64,000 nucleotides of DNA. Origin: an uncultured Gemmatimonadales bacterium. GTDB lineage: Bacteria; Gemmatimonadota; Gemmatimonadetes; Longimicrobiales; RSA9. The notes below the pieces were generated by a model, which had not been told where the DNA came from, made no database searches, and saw only the letters and a list, made by a program, of their open reading frames with translations. The translations under genes were made by a program, and so were the position numbers. Shown here piece by piece: positions 43,482 to 55,156 of this stretch (positions within the stretch are counted from its first letter, which is position 1; each line of letters opens with the position of its first letter). The stretch is taken from contig OY970192.1 of NCBI GenBank assembly GCA_963708135.1, forward strand, positions 4,480,001 through 4,544,000. The letters are read 5' to 3'.

Positions 43482-44627
43482 TCATCCGCCTGCGCCGCGC
43501 CCCTTCAGTAGCGCGAGCACCTTTTGCTGCGCCACCGGCACGGTATGCCCGTCCAGCCGCTCCGGGTCCACCCAGGCGACGTCTCGCCCCGCGCCCCCCG
43601 GCCCGGAGCCCGTCTCCTCCGCGACCTCGAACCCGAATGCGTGATACGTCGTTCGAAGGTGCGTGAACGTGTGCACGATGCTCCCCAGCGCCCGCCGGGC
43701 GTCCCCGCCCCGGGTGGTCGGCGCAGCGGCGGCATCCTCCGACAGCGCCGCGGCCCTGGCCAGCGCCTCCTCGCCGGCCTTCGCCGCCGCGTCCGCGGCC
43801 GCCTCCTCGCCCGACACCGCCACGCCCGGACACTCCCACAGCCCCGCCAGCAGCCCGCGCTCCGGCCGCCGCACGAGCAGCACGCGGCCGGAGGGGGCGA
43901 CGAGCACTGCGGTGGCGACGTCGCATTCGGGCAGTGTGCGCTTCGGCCGGGGCGCGGGGCGGAGCGCGGCGGTGCCGGCGGCGCGCGCGGCGCATAGATT
44001 GTGGAGGGGACAGGCGTGACAGGAGGGGGCGCGCGGCGTGCAGACCGTGGCGCCGAGCTCCATGAGCGCCTGGTTGAAGTCGCCGGGCCGGTCGGGCGGC
44101 ACGAGCGAGGCGGCCAGCCGCCGAAGCGTCGCCGGCGCGAGCTCCTCGGCATCGAGCAGTCGGCAGAGCACGCGCCGGACGTTGCCGTCCACGGCCGGCA
44201 CGCTCTGCCCGAACGCGATGCTGGCGATGGCGCCGGCCGTGTACTCGCCGACCCCGGGGAGCGTGCGCAGCGCGTCGTAGCCGCCCGGCACCTTGCCGGC
44301 GTGGCGGTCTCGCACGATGCGTGCGGCGCGGTGGAGGTTCCGGGCGCGGGAGTAGTAGCCGAGGCCCTCCCACTGCTTGAGCACGTCGTCCGTGTCCGCG
44401 TCGGCCAGCGCGTCCACAGTCGGGAACCGCTCGAGCCAGCGCTCGTAATAGGGAACGACGGCCTCGACGCGCGTCTGCTGGAGCATGATCTCCGAGACCC
44501 AGACGCGGTACGGATCGACGTCGCGGCGCCACGGCAGCTCACGGCGGCGGGTCTCGTAGAAGGCCAGCAGCGACGCGCGGATCTCCGCGATCTCGGCGGC
44601 CGCGAGCTCGTCTGGCGCGTCGCTCAC
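43482..44627 (-). CDS. mutY: A/G-specific adenine DNA glycosylase
   Basis: VWVSEIMLQQT, GLGYYSRARN, LPGVGEYTA, VDGNVRRV, Fe-S motif CTPRAPSCHACP...C, HTFTH. Confidence 0.95.
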   Translation of the reverse strand: MSDAPDELAAAEIAEIRASLLAFYETRRRELPWRRDVDPYRVWVSEIMLQQTRVEAVVPYYERWLERFPTVDALADADTDDVLKQWEGLGYYSRARNLHRAARIVRDRHAGKVPGGYDALRTLPGVGEYTAGAIASIAFGQSVPAVDGNVRRVLCRLLDAEELAPATLRRLAASLVPPDRPGDFNQALMELGATVCTPRAPSCHACPLHNLCAARAAGTAALRPAPRPKRTLPECDVATAVLVAPSGRVLLVRRPERGLLAGLWECPGVAVSGEEAAADAAAKAGEEALARAAALSEDAAAAPTTRGGDARRALGSIVHTFTHLRTTYHAFGFEVAEETGSGPGGAGRDVAWVDPERLDGHTVPVAQQKVLALLKGRGAGG

Positions 44628-44639
44628 CGGGGCCGACCG

Positions 44640-44718
44640 GGTTTTGGTTTTGGTTTTGGTTTTGGTTTTGGTTTTGGTTCTTGGTGCATTTTGCGCTTGC
44701 CCTTGCGCTTGCCCTTGC
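44640..44718. repeat. Simple sequence repeats: (GGTTTT)6 followed by (TTGCSC)4
   Basis: Six perfect GGTTTT at 44640-44675 plus a partial copy; TTGCGCTTGCCCTTGCGCTTGCCCTTGC at 44691-44718. Confidence 0.92.
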
Positions 44719-44731
44719 TGGAGTCCCAGTC

Positions 44732-46021
<1,290 letters not shown>

Positions 46022-46030
46022 GCGAGCCGC

Positions 46031-49000
46031 CTACGGCCTCGCCCCGCCCCCAGCGCTCACCGGCTCGGCCGCCTCGCCCGTCGGCTCCGGCAGATCGTTC
46101 CAGTTCATGAGCGTGTTCCACACCATCGGGAACTCGTGGTGGTTGAGGAACCGGTGCAGCGGGTCGAACGTGAACGCGACGACCCGCCCCTTCCCGACCG
46201 GCACGTCGAAGATCGCGCCCTCGCCAATGATCTCGTCGGCGTTCCGCACCATCCCCGAGACGACGTAGTCGCCCGCGCCGTTGCCGCCCTCATCCTCGCC
46301 CGCTGCGGCGGGTGCCGCCGCGCGCGGCGCTCCCGGCTCGCCGCGGTCGGGCGCGGTGGCGGGCTTCGCGCCACCGGCCGCCGCGCCGGGCTTCGCTCCA
46401 CCGGGCGGCTGCGCACCCGCGGGCTTCGCGCTACCGGGTGCCTGCGCACCTCCGGCGGCTTCCGCGGCCCCGGAGGGTGCCGGCGCCTTCGTCGCCTTGC
46501 TCGAGGTTTCCGGCATCCCGAGCATCGGCCCCTCCTTCTCGGGCTTCTTCGTCTTCGTGCCGTACTCGAGCACCACCATGGCGCTGTCCCGGTCGGACAC
46601 GGCGAAGAGCGGCGCGTTGCCGCGGAAGATCGTCGTCTTCTCGGGGTAGCCGTAGAGGATCGGGTTCTCCCCGTGCGCCGCCTTCGCGCGCACGATCGAG
46701 CCCGGGTGGAACAGACGGCCGGCCGCGTGCGGCCGGAGCGGCCGGGCCAGCCCCGTCTCCGAGACCAGCCGGGTCGCGTTCGCCAGCGTCACCAGCGTGC
46801 CACCGTCCTCCACGAACTGCTGCAGCCGGTCCATCCCCTCGAACCCCGGGCCGCCCGTCATGTCCGGCGTGGAGGCCGGCGTGCCGAGCGCGGGCGTGGC
46901 TTTCGTCTTCTGGAAGGCCAGCGGCCCCCACTTCGTGTCGATGCCGTGCACCATCGTTGCCGACGGGCCGTTGATGTTCGGCACCAGGATGACGTCGAAG
47001 CGGTCGCGCAGCTTGCCCTTGCGCAGGTCATCCTTGTCGATCGACGTGTAGGGGATCCCGAGCTGCTCGAACGTGAAGCGCGCCCACCCCTCGTCCTGCG
47101 TGCTGTACCAGGTGTGGTAGATGGCCACGCGCGGCAGGTCGAGCGGGTGCCTGGCGACGTCGGGGGCCGCCGCCACGCCGCGCAGCGGCAGCGCGTGCGC
47201 GCGGGCCAGCGTCTCCGCCGCGGCGGCCGGCACCTTCTCGAGGATCAGCGAGCCGGCGGGGAAGCTGTCCCCCGCCGCGGTGAACGGCCGCTCGGCCGCG
47301 TACGCGCGCGCCTTCGAGACGTGGTCCTTCAGCCAGTACAGCGCCGGCAGCACCTCCGCCTGCGCCGTGTACTTCATGACGTAGGCCGGCGACCCTGCGC
47401 CCGCCACGCTGTCCGCGGCGGCCACAGTGTCCGTCACCGGCCGCAGCCCGGGCCAGTGGAACGCGGCCGTGTCATCGACGGCGTTCACGTCCACGCCGTA
47501 CAGGTAGCCGAGCGTCCAGGCGATGTCGTCGTAGGGCGGGTACTGCGCGGTCGGAGGGTAGTGCTGCTTCGTGAGCAGGTTCACGGCCAGGTCGCGGTAC
47601 GGCTGGTCGAGCAGCACCACGAAATCGCCCGCGGAGTCCCCGCTCATCCGCTGCTGCACCTCGATCTTCTGGCGCAGCAGCTGGTTCACCAGGTACGCCA
47701 CCATCTTCGGGTCGCGCTGCCGGTTGAAGCCCGGGATCACGAACGCGTGCGGCGTCTCTTCGCGCCCGCGCTTCAGGCTGTTCACCCCGATCTGCCAGAA
47801 GTCGTGCAGCATCTTGGACGAGTTGTCCGCCGCGTACGTCAGCGACGAGAGCACCCCCGCCTCCATGTAGTTGATGTTGTCGCGCGCCGACCAGCGCACC
47901 TTCTTGGTCGGCGGCCACGGCCGGTACCAGGTGCGGGCCGTGGCCGGCTCGCCCGCGAAGCGCTCGTCGTCCAGCTTGCGCACGTACGTGTCCGCGCCCG
48001 CGTTGCCGAACGTCTCGAAGAAGCGCCCCACCGAGTTGTGGTTGTTCGCCACCCAGATCGCGTAGCCCGGCCACCAGCCGTCGAAGAAGCCCCACGTCCA
48101 CACCCCGGGCAGCCCCTGCGCCGCCAGGCTGCCGATGTCGTTGTTGGCCATGGTCTGCCACTCGCTGATCAGGATCGGGTCGTTGTCCACGTTGTAGGGA
48201 CCCGTCCCCGTCGAGATGTAGAGCAGCGGCACGGATTCGTGCAGGTCGTGCATCACCAGCGGGTGCCAGCGGTAGTAGATGCTGAAGATGGCCTTCGTCA
48301 GGTCCTGCGAGATCTGCAGCCCATCCCGGTTGTTGTCGTGCACCACGTAGTGTCCCCAGTAGGGCGAGCTGCGCGGGAAGCCGTCGTCGAATTCCTTCCG
48401 TCCCTTCGTGTAGTGCAGGTACCAGTCGACCTGCCGGTCCCGCCCGTCCGGCTCCGAGACCGGGTTGATCAGCGTGATCACGTGGTCGCGGATGTTCTTC
48501 ACCGCCGGCGCATCGCTCCCCGCCAGCCGGTAGGCGAGCTCCATCACCATCTCCGGCGAGCCCATCTCCGGAGAGTGCAGCCCCGCGTTCAGGTAGTAGA
48601 TCGGCTTGGCGTCCGCGAGCACCCGCTCCGCCTCCGCGTCGCTCATCCCGCGCGGGTCCGCCAGCCGCGCCAGGTCCGTCCGGTAGCGGTCCAGGTGCTG
48701 CATCGTCTGCTCGTCCGCGATCACGACCAGGTCGATGTCACGCCCCTCCTCCGTCGTGCCCACCTTCTCCACGCTCACGCGCGGGCTCGCCTTCGCCAGC
48801 GCGCGGAAATAGCCGTAGACCTCGTCCGCGTGGTGCATCACCCCCGGCGCCCCCACGATCGTGCCGAAGTGCTCGAGCGGACTCGGCAGCCCCGGATCCA
48901 CCGGCAGGCTCTCGACCGAGGACGGCAGGAAGTGCGGGTCCGTCGTGTACTCCCCGATCATCCGCGTGTACGCCGTGTCCGCGGCCTGCGGCGACGACGG

Positions 49001-49219
49001 GCCCGCCGCGCCCGCAGCCCGGCCGGGAGCCGTCGCGGGGCGAGTAGCCACCGCGCCTCGATGCGTTGCCGCCGGGGTACCTGCCGCGACGCCGTTCTGC
49101 TGCGCCGCAGCCGGCAATGCCGCGGCGGTCAGCGCGTAGAGGATCGAGAGGATCGGGGCGGCGGCGCGAGCCGCCACGCGCACCCGTGCGGCGGGGATGC
49201 GAGCCGGGAACATTCGCAT
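46031..49219 (-). CDS. Secreted M14-family zinc carboxypeptidase-like protein
   Basis: GTTEEGR, GLHSPE, EPDGRD, HDNNRD, HDLHE; signal peptide; C-terminal GATase-like domain (FVEDGGTLV). Confidence 0.85.
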   Translation of the reverse strand: MRMFPARIPAARVRVAARAAAPILSILYALTAAALPAAAQQNGVAAGTPAATHRGAVATRPATAPGRAAGAAGPSSPQAADTAYTRMIGEYTTDPHFLPSSVESLPVDPGLPSPLEHFGTIVGAPGVMHHADEVYGYFRALAKASPRVSVEKVGTTEEGRDIDLVVIADEQTMQHLDRYRTDLARLADPRGMSDAEAERVLADAKPIYYLNAGLHSPEMGSPEMVMELAYRLAGSDAPAVKNIRDHVITLINPVSEPDGRDRQVDWYLHYTKGRKEFDDGFPRSSPYWGHYVVHDNNRDGLQISQDLTKAIFSIYYRWHPLVMHDLHESVPLLYISTGTGPYNVDNDPILISEWQTMANNDIGSLAAQGLPGVWTWGFFDGWWPGYAIWVANNHNSVGRFFETFGNAGADTYVRKLDDERFAGEPATARTWYRPWPPTKKVRWSARDNINYMEAGVLSSLTYAADNSSKMLHDFWQIGVNSLKRGREETPHAFVIPGFNRQRDPKMVAYLVNQLLRQKIEVQQRMSGDSAGDFVVLLDQPYRDLAVNLLTKQHYPPTAQYPPYDDIAWTLGYLYGVDVNAVDDTAAFHWPGLRPVTDTVAAADSVAGAGSPAYVMKYTAQAEVLPALYWLKDHVSKARAYAAERPFTAAGDSFPAGSLILEKVPAAAAETLARAHALPLRGVAAAPDVARHPLDLPRVAIYHTWYSTQDEGWARFTFEQLGIPYTSIDKDDLRKGKLRDRFDVILVPNINGPSATMVHGIDTKWGPLAFQKTKATPALGTPASTPDMTGGPGFEGMDRLQQFVEDGGTLVTLANATRLVSETGLARPLRPHAAGRLFHPGSIVRAKAAHGENPILYGYPEKTTIFRGNAPLFAVSDRDSAMVVLEYGTKTKKPEKEGPMLGMPETSSKATKAPAPSGAAEAAGGAQAPGSAKPAGAQPPGGAKPGAAAGGAKPATAPDRGEPGAPRAAAPAAAGEDEGGNGAGDYVVSGMVRNADEIIGEGAIFDVPVGKGRVVAFTFDPLHRFLNHHEFPMVWNTLMNWNDLPEPTGEAAEPVSAGGGARP

Positions 49220-49523
49220 CGGTGACTCCGTTGATCGGAAGCGGCGATGGAGGAAGGGTTTCCGCTGCTTAATAACGCGCTCCGGCATCGCCCGGCAAGG
49301 GCCGGGAACGCGGACGGCTTCCCCGGATTGACCGTGCCGGCCACGCGACCCCCCCCGGTTCCCGGCCCGGGCTCGGGCATCCGGGGGAAGGATCCCTCGA
49401 ATCAGCCGGAGGTGAGCTCCGCGCGCATCGGTTCAGGCCAGGAAAAGCCGGATTCGGATCCCGCTGTGCTGGATTCGGATTCGTTGAACGACGGGAGGTG
49501 CGGGCGCTCCTGCCGGGCCGTGC

Positions 49524-50507
49524 TCAGAACACCTTGACGTTGATGTACTTCTTCGGGTTCTGCCGGATGTCCTCGACCAGCAGGTTCAGGTTGGCGGCGG
49601 CGGCGGTCATGTTGTCGTAGAGCGCCTCGTCCTTGGAGAGCTTGCCGAGCGTGCCCTCGCCGCGCTCCATCCGGCCGAGCACGCTCTGGAGCGAGGCGCT
49701 CGCGGCGCTCAGCCGGTCGGCGCTGGTGCCGAGCGCCGCCGTCAGGGTGTCCATGCGGGCCGTGAGCCGCGTCACCTGCTCGCCCGGCTGGGCCCTGGCG
49801 AGGCCTGCGGAGACGTCGCGCATGTTGGTGAGCGTCGCGCTCAGGGAGGCTCGCTCCTGCACGACCAGGTCGCGCGTCGTCGCCAGCAGCTGGCGGAGCT
49901 GCGTCGTCCCCGCGCGCAGCTCCGCGGTGGTCGCGCCCAGGTTGCTCACGTTCGAGGGCGAGAGCAACTCCTGCGCGCGCCCCAGCAGGACGTCCGCCTT
50001 GCCGGTGAGCGCGCCGACGTCGCCCAGCCCGCCCCCGGTCGCGGAGACCCCGGGCAGGGTGCCGCCGCCGCCGATCATCTGCGAGGAGTGGCCGGGCACG
50101 ATCTGCGCCACCATCCCGCCCAGGAGGCCGCTCGACTCGAGGTTCACCCGCGAGTCGACGGGCACGCTGTACTCGCCCTCGAGCTCGAGGCGGACCCGCA
50201 CCCCGTTCGGCACCATCGTGAACTTGGACACCCGCCCAATGTTCACGCCGCGCATCTCCACCGGATCGCCGCGGCGTATGCCGCCGGCATCCGGCACCAC
50301 GGTCGTGATGATGTAGCGGCCGCGGAAGAGCGCGGGGTCCGTGAGCGTGAAGAGCGCGATCAGGATGGAGATGATGCCGACCAGCACGAACGCGCCCACG
50401 ATGACCTGGCGCCCCCCCCGCCGCGGCGGGATCAGCACGTCCGCGGGCACATCCCGGTCTTCGGCATCGTGCTCCCGCGGGCTCCACGCCGTCCTCTCTC
50501 GTGCCAT
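49524..50507 (-). CDS. mlaD: MlaD/MCE-family protein
   Basis: N-terminal TM (VGAFV), AGGIRRGDPVEMRGVNIGRV, GLLG, GEGTLGKL, helical tail. Confidence 0.88.
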   Translation of the reverse strand: MARERTAWSPREHDAEDRDVPADVLIPPRRGGRQVIVGAFVLVGIISILIALFTLTDPALFRGRYIITTVVPDAGGIRRGDPVEMRGVNIGRVSKFTMVPNGVRVRLELEGEYSVPVDSRVNLESSGLLGGMVAQIVPGHSSQMIGGGGTLPGVSATGGGLGDVGALTGKADVLLGRAQELLSPSNVSNLGATTAELRAGTTQLRQLLATTRDLVVQERASLSATLTNMRDVSAGLARAQPGEQVTRLTARMDTLTAALGTSADRLSAASASLQSVLGRMERGEGTLGKLSKDEALYDNMTAAAANLNLLVEDIRQNPKKYINVKVF

Positions 50508-50511
50508 CGCC

Positions 50512-51276
50512 TCAGGTCTCCAGTAGCTCAGCAGAGTTCATGGCCGTATCGCGGTCCAGGAAGGCCCGGACCAGCGGCTCCCGCGACTGCCGGAACTCCT
50601 GCGGCGTGCCGACGAACCGGATCCGGCCGCCGTGCAGGAGCGCTACCCGGTCCGCCACGTCCAGCGCCCCCTCGACGTCGTGGGTCACCAGCACGGACGT
50701 CGCGCCCAGTGCGTCGTTCACGTGCGCGATCAGCCGGTGCACCAGCGCCGAGTTGACCGGGTCCAGCCCCGTGACCGGCTCGTCGTACAGGATGATCTCG
50801 GGGCGCCCCACGAACGCGCGCGCCAGCCCCACACGCTTCCGCATGCCGCCGGAAAGCTCCGACGGGAACTTCGAGAGCACCACCCTGGCGTCCAGGTTCA
50901 CGTGCTCCAGCGCGTTCACGACCCGCCGCGCCACGTCCGGCCGGTCCAGCCGGCGCAGCTCATCCTCGTGGATCCCCGCCGCCACGTTGTCGAAGATCGT
51001 CATCGAGTCGAACAGCGCCGCGTACTGGAAGACGTAGCCGATCTTGTGCCGGATCCGATCCACCGCCGCGGGGCCGTCGAAGAACGGCGACTCGCCGTTC
51101 ACCCGCACATCGCCGCGGTCCGGGACGATGAGCCCCAGCGTGGTCTTGAGCAACACGCTCTTGCCCGTGCCCGACGGCCCCACGATCGCCAGCGCCTCGC
51201 CCGTCCGCACCTCGAGCGAGACGCCCTGCAGCACCGGCACGTCGAACGACTTCCAGATGTCGATGTATTCGATCAC
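50512..51276 (-). CDS. mlaF: MlaF-family ABC ATPase
   Basis: GPSGTGKS, VFQYAALFDS, LSGGMRKRVGLARA, LYDEPVTGLDP. Confidence 0.92.
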   Translation of the reverse strand: MIEYIDIWKSFDVPVLQGVSLEVRTGEALAIVGPSGTGKSVLLKTTLGLIVPDRGDVRVNGESPFFDGPAAVDRIRHKIGYVFQYAALFDSMTIFDNVAAGIHEDELRRLDRPDVARRVVNALEHVNLDARVVLSKFPSELSGGMRKRVGLARAFVGRPEIILYDEPVTGLDPVNSALVHRLIAHVNDALGATSVLVTHDVEGALDVADRVALLHGGRIRFVGTPQEFRQSREPLVRAFLDRDTAMNSAELLET

Positions 51277-51286
51277 GCGCGTCCGC

Positions 51287-52111
51287 TCAGTTCAGGAAAA
51301 GCGGCGGGAACATGGCGTCCAGGAACAGCACCGCAAGGGTCATGAACATGACCAATGTCGTCGTCGCCTTGCCGACCCCTTCCGCGCCGCCCCGCGTGCG
51401 CAGTCCCATGTGCACGGCAATGAGCGGGATGATGAATCCGAACGCCTCTCCCTTGCCGACGGAATAGAGCAGGTCCCAGTTGTGCCAGTAGAGCCGCGCA
51501 CCGTAGAAGAACGCCTCCCGCCCGAGCCCCACCGTGCTGCGCGCCGCGAGCATCCCTGCGTAGAGGGCCACCGTGTCCGCGAGTCCCACGAGCATCGGGA
51601 CCACGACCATCCCCGCGAGCAGCCGCGGCGCCGCCAGCTCCTGCACGGGATCCCGGCCCAGCGAATACATCGCGTCGATCTGCTCCGACACCTTCATGCT
51701 GCCGAACTCCGCCGTGATGCGGGCACCCACCCGGCCGATCAGCACCACCGCCGTCAGCACGGGCGCGAGCTCCAACACCACGCTCGACGTCACCACGCTG
51801 CCGAGCACATAGAGCGGGATCGAGCCCGTGAACTGGTAGCCGCCCTGCTGGGAGGTCACGACCCCCGACAGCACGGCCGTGATCAGCACGATCGGGATGC
51901 TCAGCACCCCCATCCAGTAGGCCTGCTCCGTCACGGCTCGCAGCGGCACCTTGCCGCGCACCACCGCCACGCCGATCTGCCAGATGAGCTGCGCCATCTC
52001 CGCCAGGTGCTTGAGCACGCCCTCGCCCACGCGCCCGAGGGCGAGCAGCACCCGCCTCGGCGCCTCCACTATTGCTGCCGTGCCTGCCGTGCCGTTCGCC
52101 AAGTCAACCAT
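51287..52111 (-). CDS. mlaE: MlaE-family ABC permease
   Basis: ELAPVLTA, GRVGARITAEFGSMKVSEQIDA, GAEGVGKATT. Confidence 0.92.
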   Translation of the reverse strand: MVDLANGTAGTAAIVEAPRRVLLALGRVGEGVLKHLAEMAQLIWQIGVAVVRGKVPLRAVTEQAYWMGVLSIPIVLITAVLSGVVTSQQGGYQFTGSIPLYVLGSVVTSSVVLELAPVLTAVVLIGRVGARITAEFGSMKVSEQIDAMYSLGRDPVQELAAPRLLAGMVVVPMLVGLADTVALYAGMLAARSTVGLGREAFFYGARLYWHNWDLLYSVGKGEAFGFIIPLIAVHMGLRTRGGAEGVGKATTTLVMFMTLAVLFLDAMFPPLFLN

Positions 52112-52304
52112 CCTCGCTGTCTCCGCCGCGCCTAACGCGCGGCGGTGCGGCTCCGGTTCCTCCCCCCCGCAAGCAATGTACGAGCCTTCCCGGCCGGGCG
52201 CGAAGCACCGTCGGCGGCCGCCGACGCCCGCCCCTCTGGCTCCGCATGCCCTCCCCGCCCATATTATCTTCCCCCTGGAATTCGCCAGACAAGGAACCGG
52301 ATCC

Positions 52305-55118
52305 ATGCGGACCACGAGCCGCCGGTCGCCGCACCGACTGTGGCTGCGCCCCGGGCTCCGCGCGCTCCTCGCCGCCGCCATCCTGCCGGCCGCCGCATCC
52401 GCGCAGCGCCCCGCCGCGGCCGCGCCGGCGCACGCGCGCCAGGCCACGCGCGCGCCGGCCGTCTCCGCGGCCGGCGGCGGGCTGACCACGAAGACCCTCG
52501 ACGCCCTGAAGCTCCGCTTCATCGGGCCCGCGGTCATGAGCGGGCGCATTACCGCGCTCGCCGTCCCGGCGGCGGCCGCGGGGCGGGTGATCTATGCCGG
52601 CTCGGCATCGGGCGGCGTGTGGAAGACCGACAACGCCGGCACGACGTGGACGCCGGCGTTCCAGGATGGCGGCTTCTCCTCGATCGGCGACGTGGCCGTC
52701 GCGCCCTCGGACCCGGACGTGGTGTGGGTCGGCACCGGCGAGCGCAACTCCCTGCGCTCCAACGGCTGGGGCGACGGCGTGTACCGCTCGACGGATGGCG
52801 GCAGGACCTGGAAGCACATGGGGCTCGACGAAACGCGCGAGATCGGCCGGATCGTGATCGACCCGAGGAACCCCGACGTGGTCTACGTCGCCGCGCTCGG
52901 GCACCTGTGGGGACCGAACCCCGAGCGCGGCATCTACCGCACAAACGATGCGGGCCGGACCTGGAAGCGCCTGCTCTTCGTCGATGACACGACCGGGTTC
53001 GTCAACCTGAAGATCGATCCCCACGATCCGGACGTCCTCTACGCCGCCTCCTGGCACCGGCTGCGTTGGGGCGGCCCCCGGATGGAGGGAGCGGGCGCCG
53101 GCAGCGGCATCTGGAAGACGACGGACGGCGGCGCCACCTGGACCCGCCTCACCGAGTCCAGACTCGACGACGGCCTGCCCTCCTCCGACCTCGGCCGCAT
53201 CGGGCTCGCCCTCTCGCCGAAGGACCCGCGCATCCTCTACGCCGTCGTACAGGTGGCGAAGGCGTCCACCAATGCCCGCCTCTCCGCATTCGGCGGCGTA
53301 TTCCGGACCGACGACGCCGGCGCGCACTGGAGCCGCGTGAACGATCTCTCCGCCGTTCCCGACTATTACTACAACGACGTCTGGCTGAACCCCTCCGATC
53401 CCGACAATGTCTGGTTCACCGCCACCACCCTCGACCACTCCACCGACGGCGGGCGCTCGATCGCGCGCTTCGACACCGGCCGCCGCATGCACGGCGACTT
53501 CCACGCCATGTGGATCGACCCCGCCGACGCGCGCCACATGATGGTCGGCAACGACGGCGGCCTCTACATCAGCTGGGACGGCGGGAAGAGCTGGGCGCAC
53601 CAGATGATCCCGGTCGCCCAGTTCTACGAGGCCGACCTGGACTCCACCCGCACCCCCTACCACGTTTGCGGCGGGCTCCAGGACAACGGCGTCTGGTGCG
53701 GGCCGAGCCGCACGCCCGAGAAGATCGGCATCACCAACGCCGACTGGTACATGGTCTACGGCGGCGACGGCTTCCGCGCCGCAGTGCCCGCGGACAGCCC
53801 CACGCTCCGTTTCGCGGAGTCGCAGTATGGCGACATCACCCGCCTCGACGTGGTCAACTGGCGCTACACCCCGGTGCAGCCGCAGGCCGAGGACGCCGGC
53901 GTCGAGAGCGGCTACCCGTTCCGCTGGGACTGGGACACGCCCTTCATCCTCTCGCCGCACGATCCGTCCGTGCTCTACGTCGGCGGCAATCGCCTCTTCC
54001 GCATGCCGCACCACGGCCGGTCCTGGACCATCCTGGGCCCCGACATGACCCGCGCCGCGCGCGAGCACCCCGAGCCCGACGTCGGCCACACCGCCTACCA
54101 CGCGCTCCACTCCATCGCCGAGAGCCCGCTCGACGCCCGCATCCTCTGGACCGGCAGCGACGACGGCCTGCTCTGGACCTCCGCCGACGCCGGCGCCACG
54201 TGGACCGACGTGACCGGCCACATCCCCAATGTCGCCGCCCGCCACTGCGTCGTGAGCGAGATCGCCGCCTCCCACTTCTCGCGCACCCGCGCCTACGTGA
54301 GCTACGACTGCCACGACCGCGACGACTACCGCCCCCGCGTCTACCGCACCGACGACGCCGGGCGGAGCTTCACCGCCATCGCGCGTGACCTCCCCGCCGA
54401 CGCCGGCAGCCACGTCGTCCTCGAGGACGCGAAGAACGCCGGTCTCCTCTTCGTCGGCACCGAGCGCGGGCTGTGGATGAGCATCAATGCCGGCCGCCGC
54501 TGGGTCCGCCTCCACTCCAACCTGCCCACCGTGGCCATCCGCGACCTCGACGAATCCCCCGGCGCCCGCGAGCTCGTGGTCCCGACCTTCGGCCGCGGCG
54601 TCTGGATCCTCGACCTCGCCCCGCTCCAGCAGCTGAGCGACTCCGTCCTAGCGAGCCGCGCGTTCCTCTTCGACCCGCCGCCCGCGCGCCAGTACGAGCC
54701 GCGCGACACCTACGGCGACGTCGGCGACCGCTTCTTCGCCGCGCCCAACCCCAGGGTCGGCGCCACCCTCACCTACTGGCTGGGCTCCGACCTCGGCAAG
54801 GACGCCACGCTCACCATCCGCAAGGCGACGCCGGGCCCCGCGGCCGCACCGGCGGCCGCCGCCGCCGCGGCTGACACCGCCGGCGTGCTTCGGACGCTCA
54901 CCGGGCCGGGCAGGCCAGGGCTGCACAGCGTGGTCTGGGACCTCACGAGCAAGGAGCCGCGCCCGCGCGAGCTGGGCGGCCCCCTCTCCCCCGAGGAGCT
55001 CGAGCGGGTGGCGCCCGGCACCTACACCGTGACGCTCGACGCCGGTGACCAGACGCTCGTCCGCACGCTCGACGTGCGGCGCGGCTGGTTCACCCGCTCC
55101 GCGGGACTCATACGTTGA
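52305..55118 (+). CDS. Secreted VPS10/BNR (Asp-box) beta-propeller glycosyl hydrolase-like protein
   Basis: RFIGPAVMSGRI, repeated (S/T)xDxGxTW boxes, GGLQDNG, TFGRG; signal peptide. Confidence 0.85.
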   Translation: MRTTSRRSPHRLWLRPGLRALLAAAILPAAASAQRPAAAAPAHARQATRAPAVSAAGGGLTTKTLDALKLRFIGPAVMSGRITALAVPAAAAGRVIYAGSASGGVWKTDNAGTTWTPAFQDGGFSSIGDVAVAPSDPDVVWVGTGERNSLRSNGWGDGVYRSTDGGRTWKHMGLDETREIGRIVIDPRNPDVVYVAALGHLWGPNPERGIYRTNDAGRTWKRLLFVDDTTGFVNLKIDPHDPDVLYAASWHRLRWGGPRMEGAGAGSGIWKTTDGGATWTRLTESRLDDGLPSSDLGRIGLALSPKDPRILYAVVQVAKASTNARLSAFGGVFRTDDAGAHWSRVNDLSAVPDYYYNDVWLNPSDPDNVWFTATTLDHSTDGGRSIARFDTGRRMHGDFHAMWIDPADARHMMVGNDGGLYISWDGGKSWAHQMIPVAQFYEADLDSTRTPYHVCGGLQDNGVWCGPSRTPEKIGITNADWYMVYGGDGFRAAVPADSPTLRFAESQYGDITRLDVVNWRYTPVQPQAEDAGVESGYPFRWDWDTPFILSPHDPSVLYVGGNRLFRMPHHGRSWTILGPDMTRAAREHPEPDVGHTAYHALHSIAESPLDARILWTGSDDGLLWTSADAGATWTDVTGHIPNVAARHCVVSEIAASHFSRTRAYVSYDCHDRDDYRPRVYRTDDAGRSFTAIARDLPADAGSHVVLEDAKNAGLLFVGTERGLWMSINAGRRWVRLHSNLPTVAIRDLDESPGARELVVPTFGRGVWILDLAPLQQLSDSVLASRAFLFDPPPARQYEPRDTYGDVGDRFFAAPNPRVGATLTYWLGSDLGKDATLTIRKATPGPAAAPAAAAAAADTAGVLRTLTGPGRPGLHSVVWDLTSKEPRPRELGGPLSPEELERVAPGTYTVTLDAGDQTLVRTLDVRRGWFTRSAGLIR

Positions 55119-55156
55119 CAGGCACCATGCACCACTCACCCTCAACAGGAAGGCAC

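Noticed and set aside
44681..44731. N-terminal extension MVHFALALALALAGVPV on the vWA protein as a signal peptide
   Set aside because: It is the translation of the (TTGCSC)n repeat; ATG 44732 has a GGAG RBS upstream.
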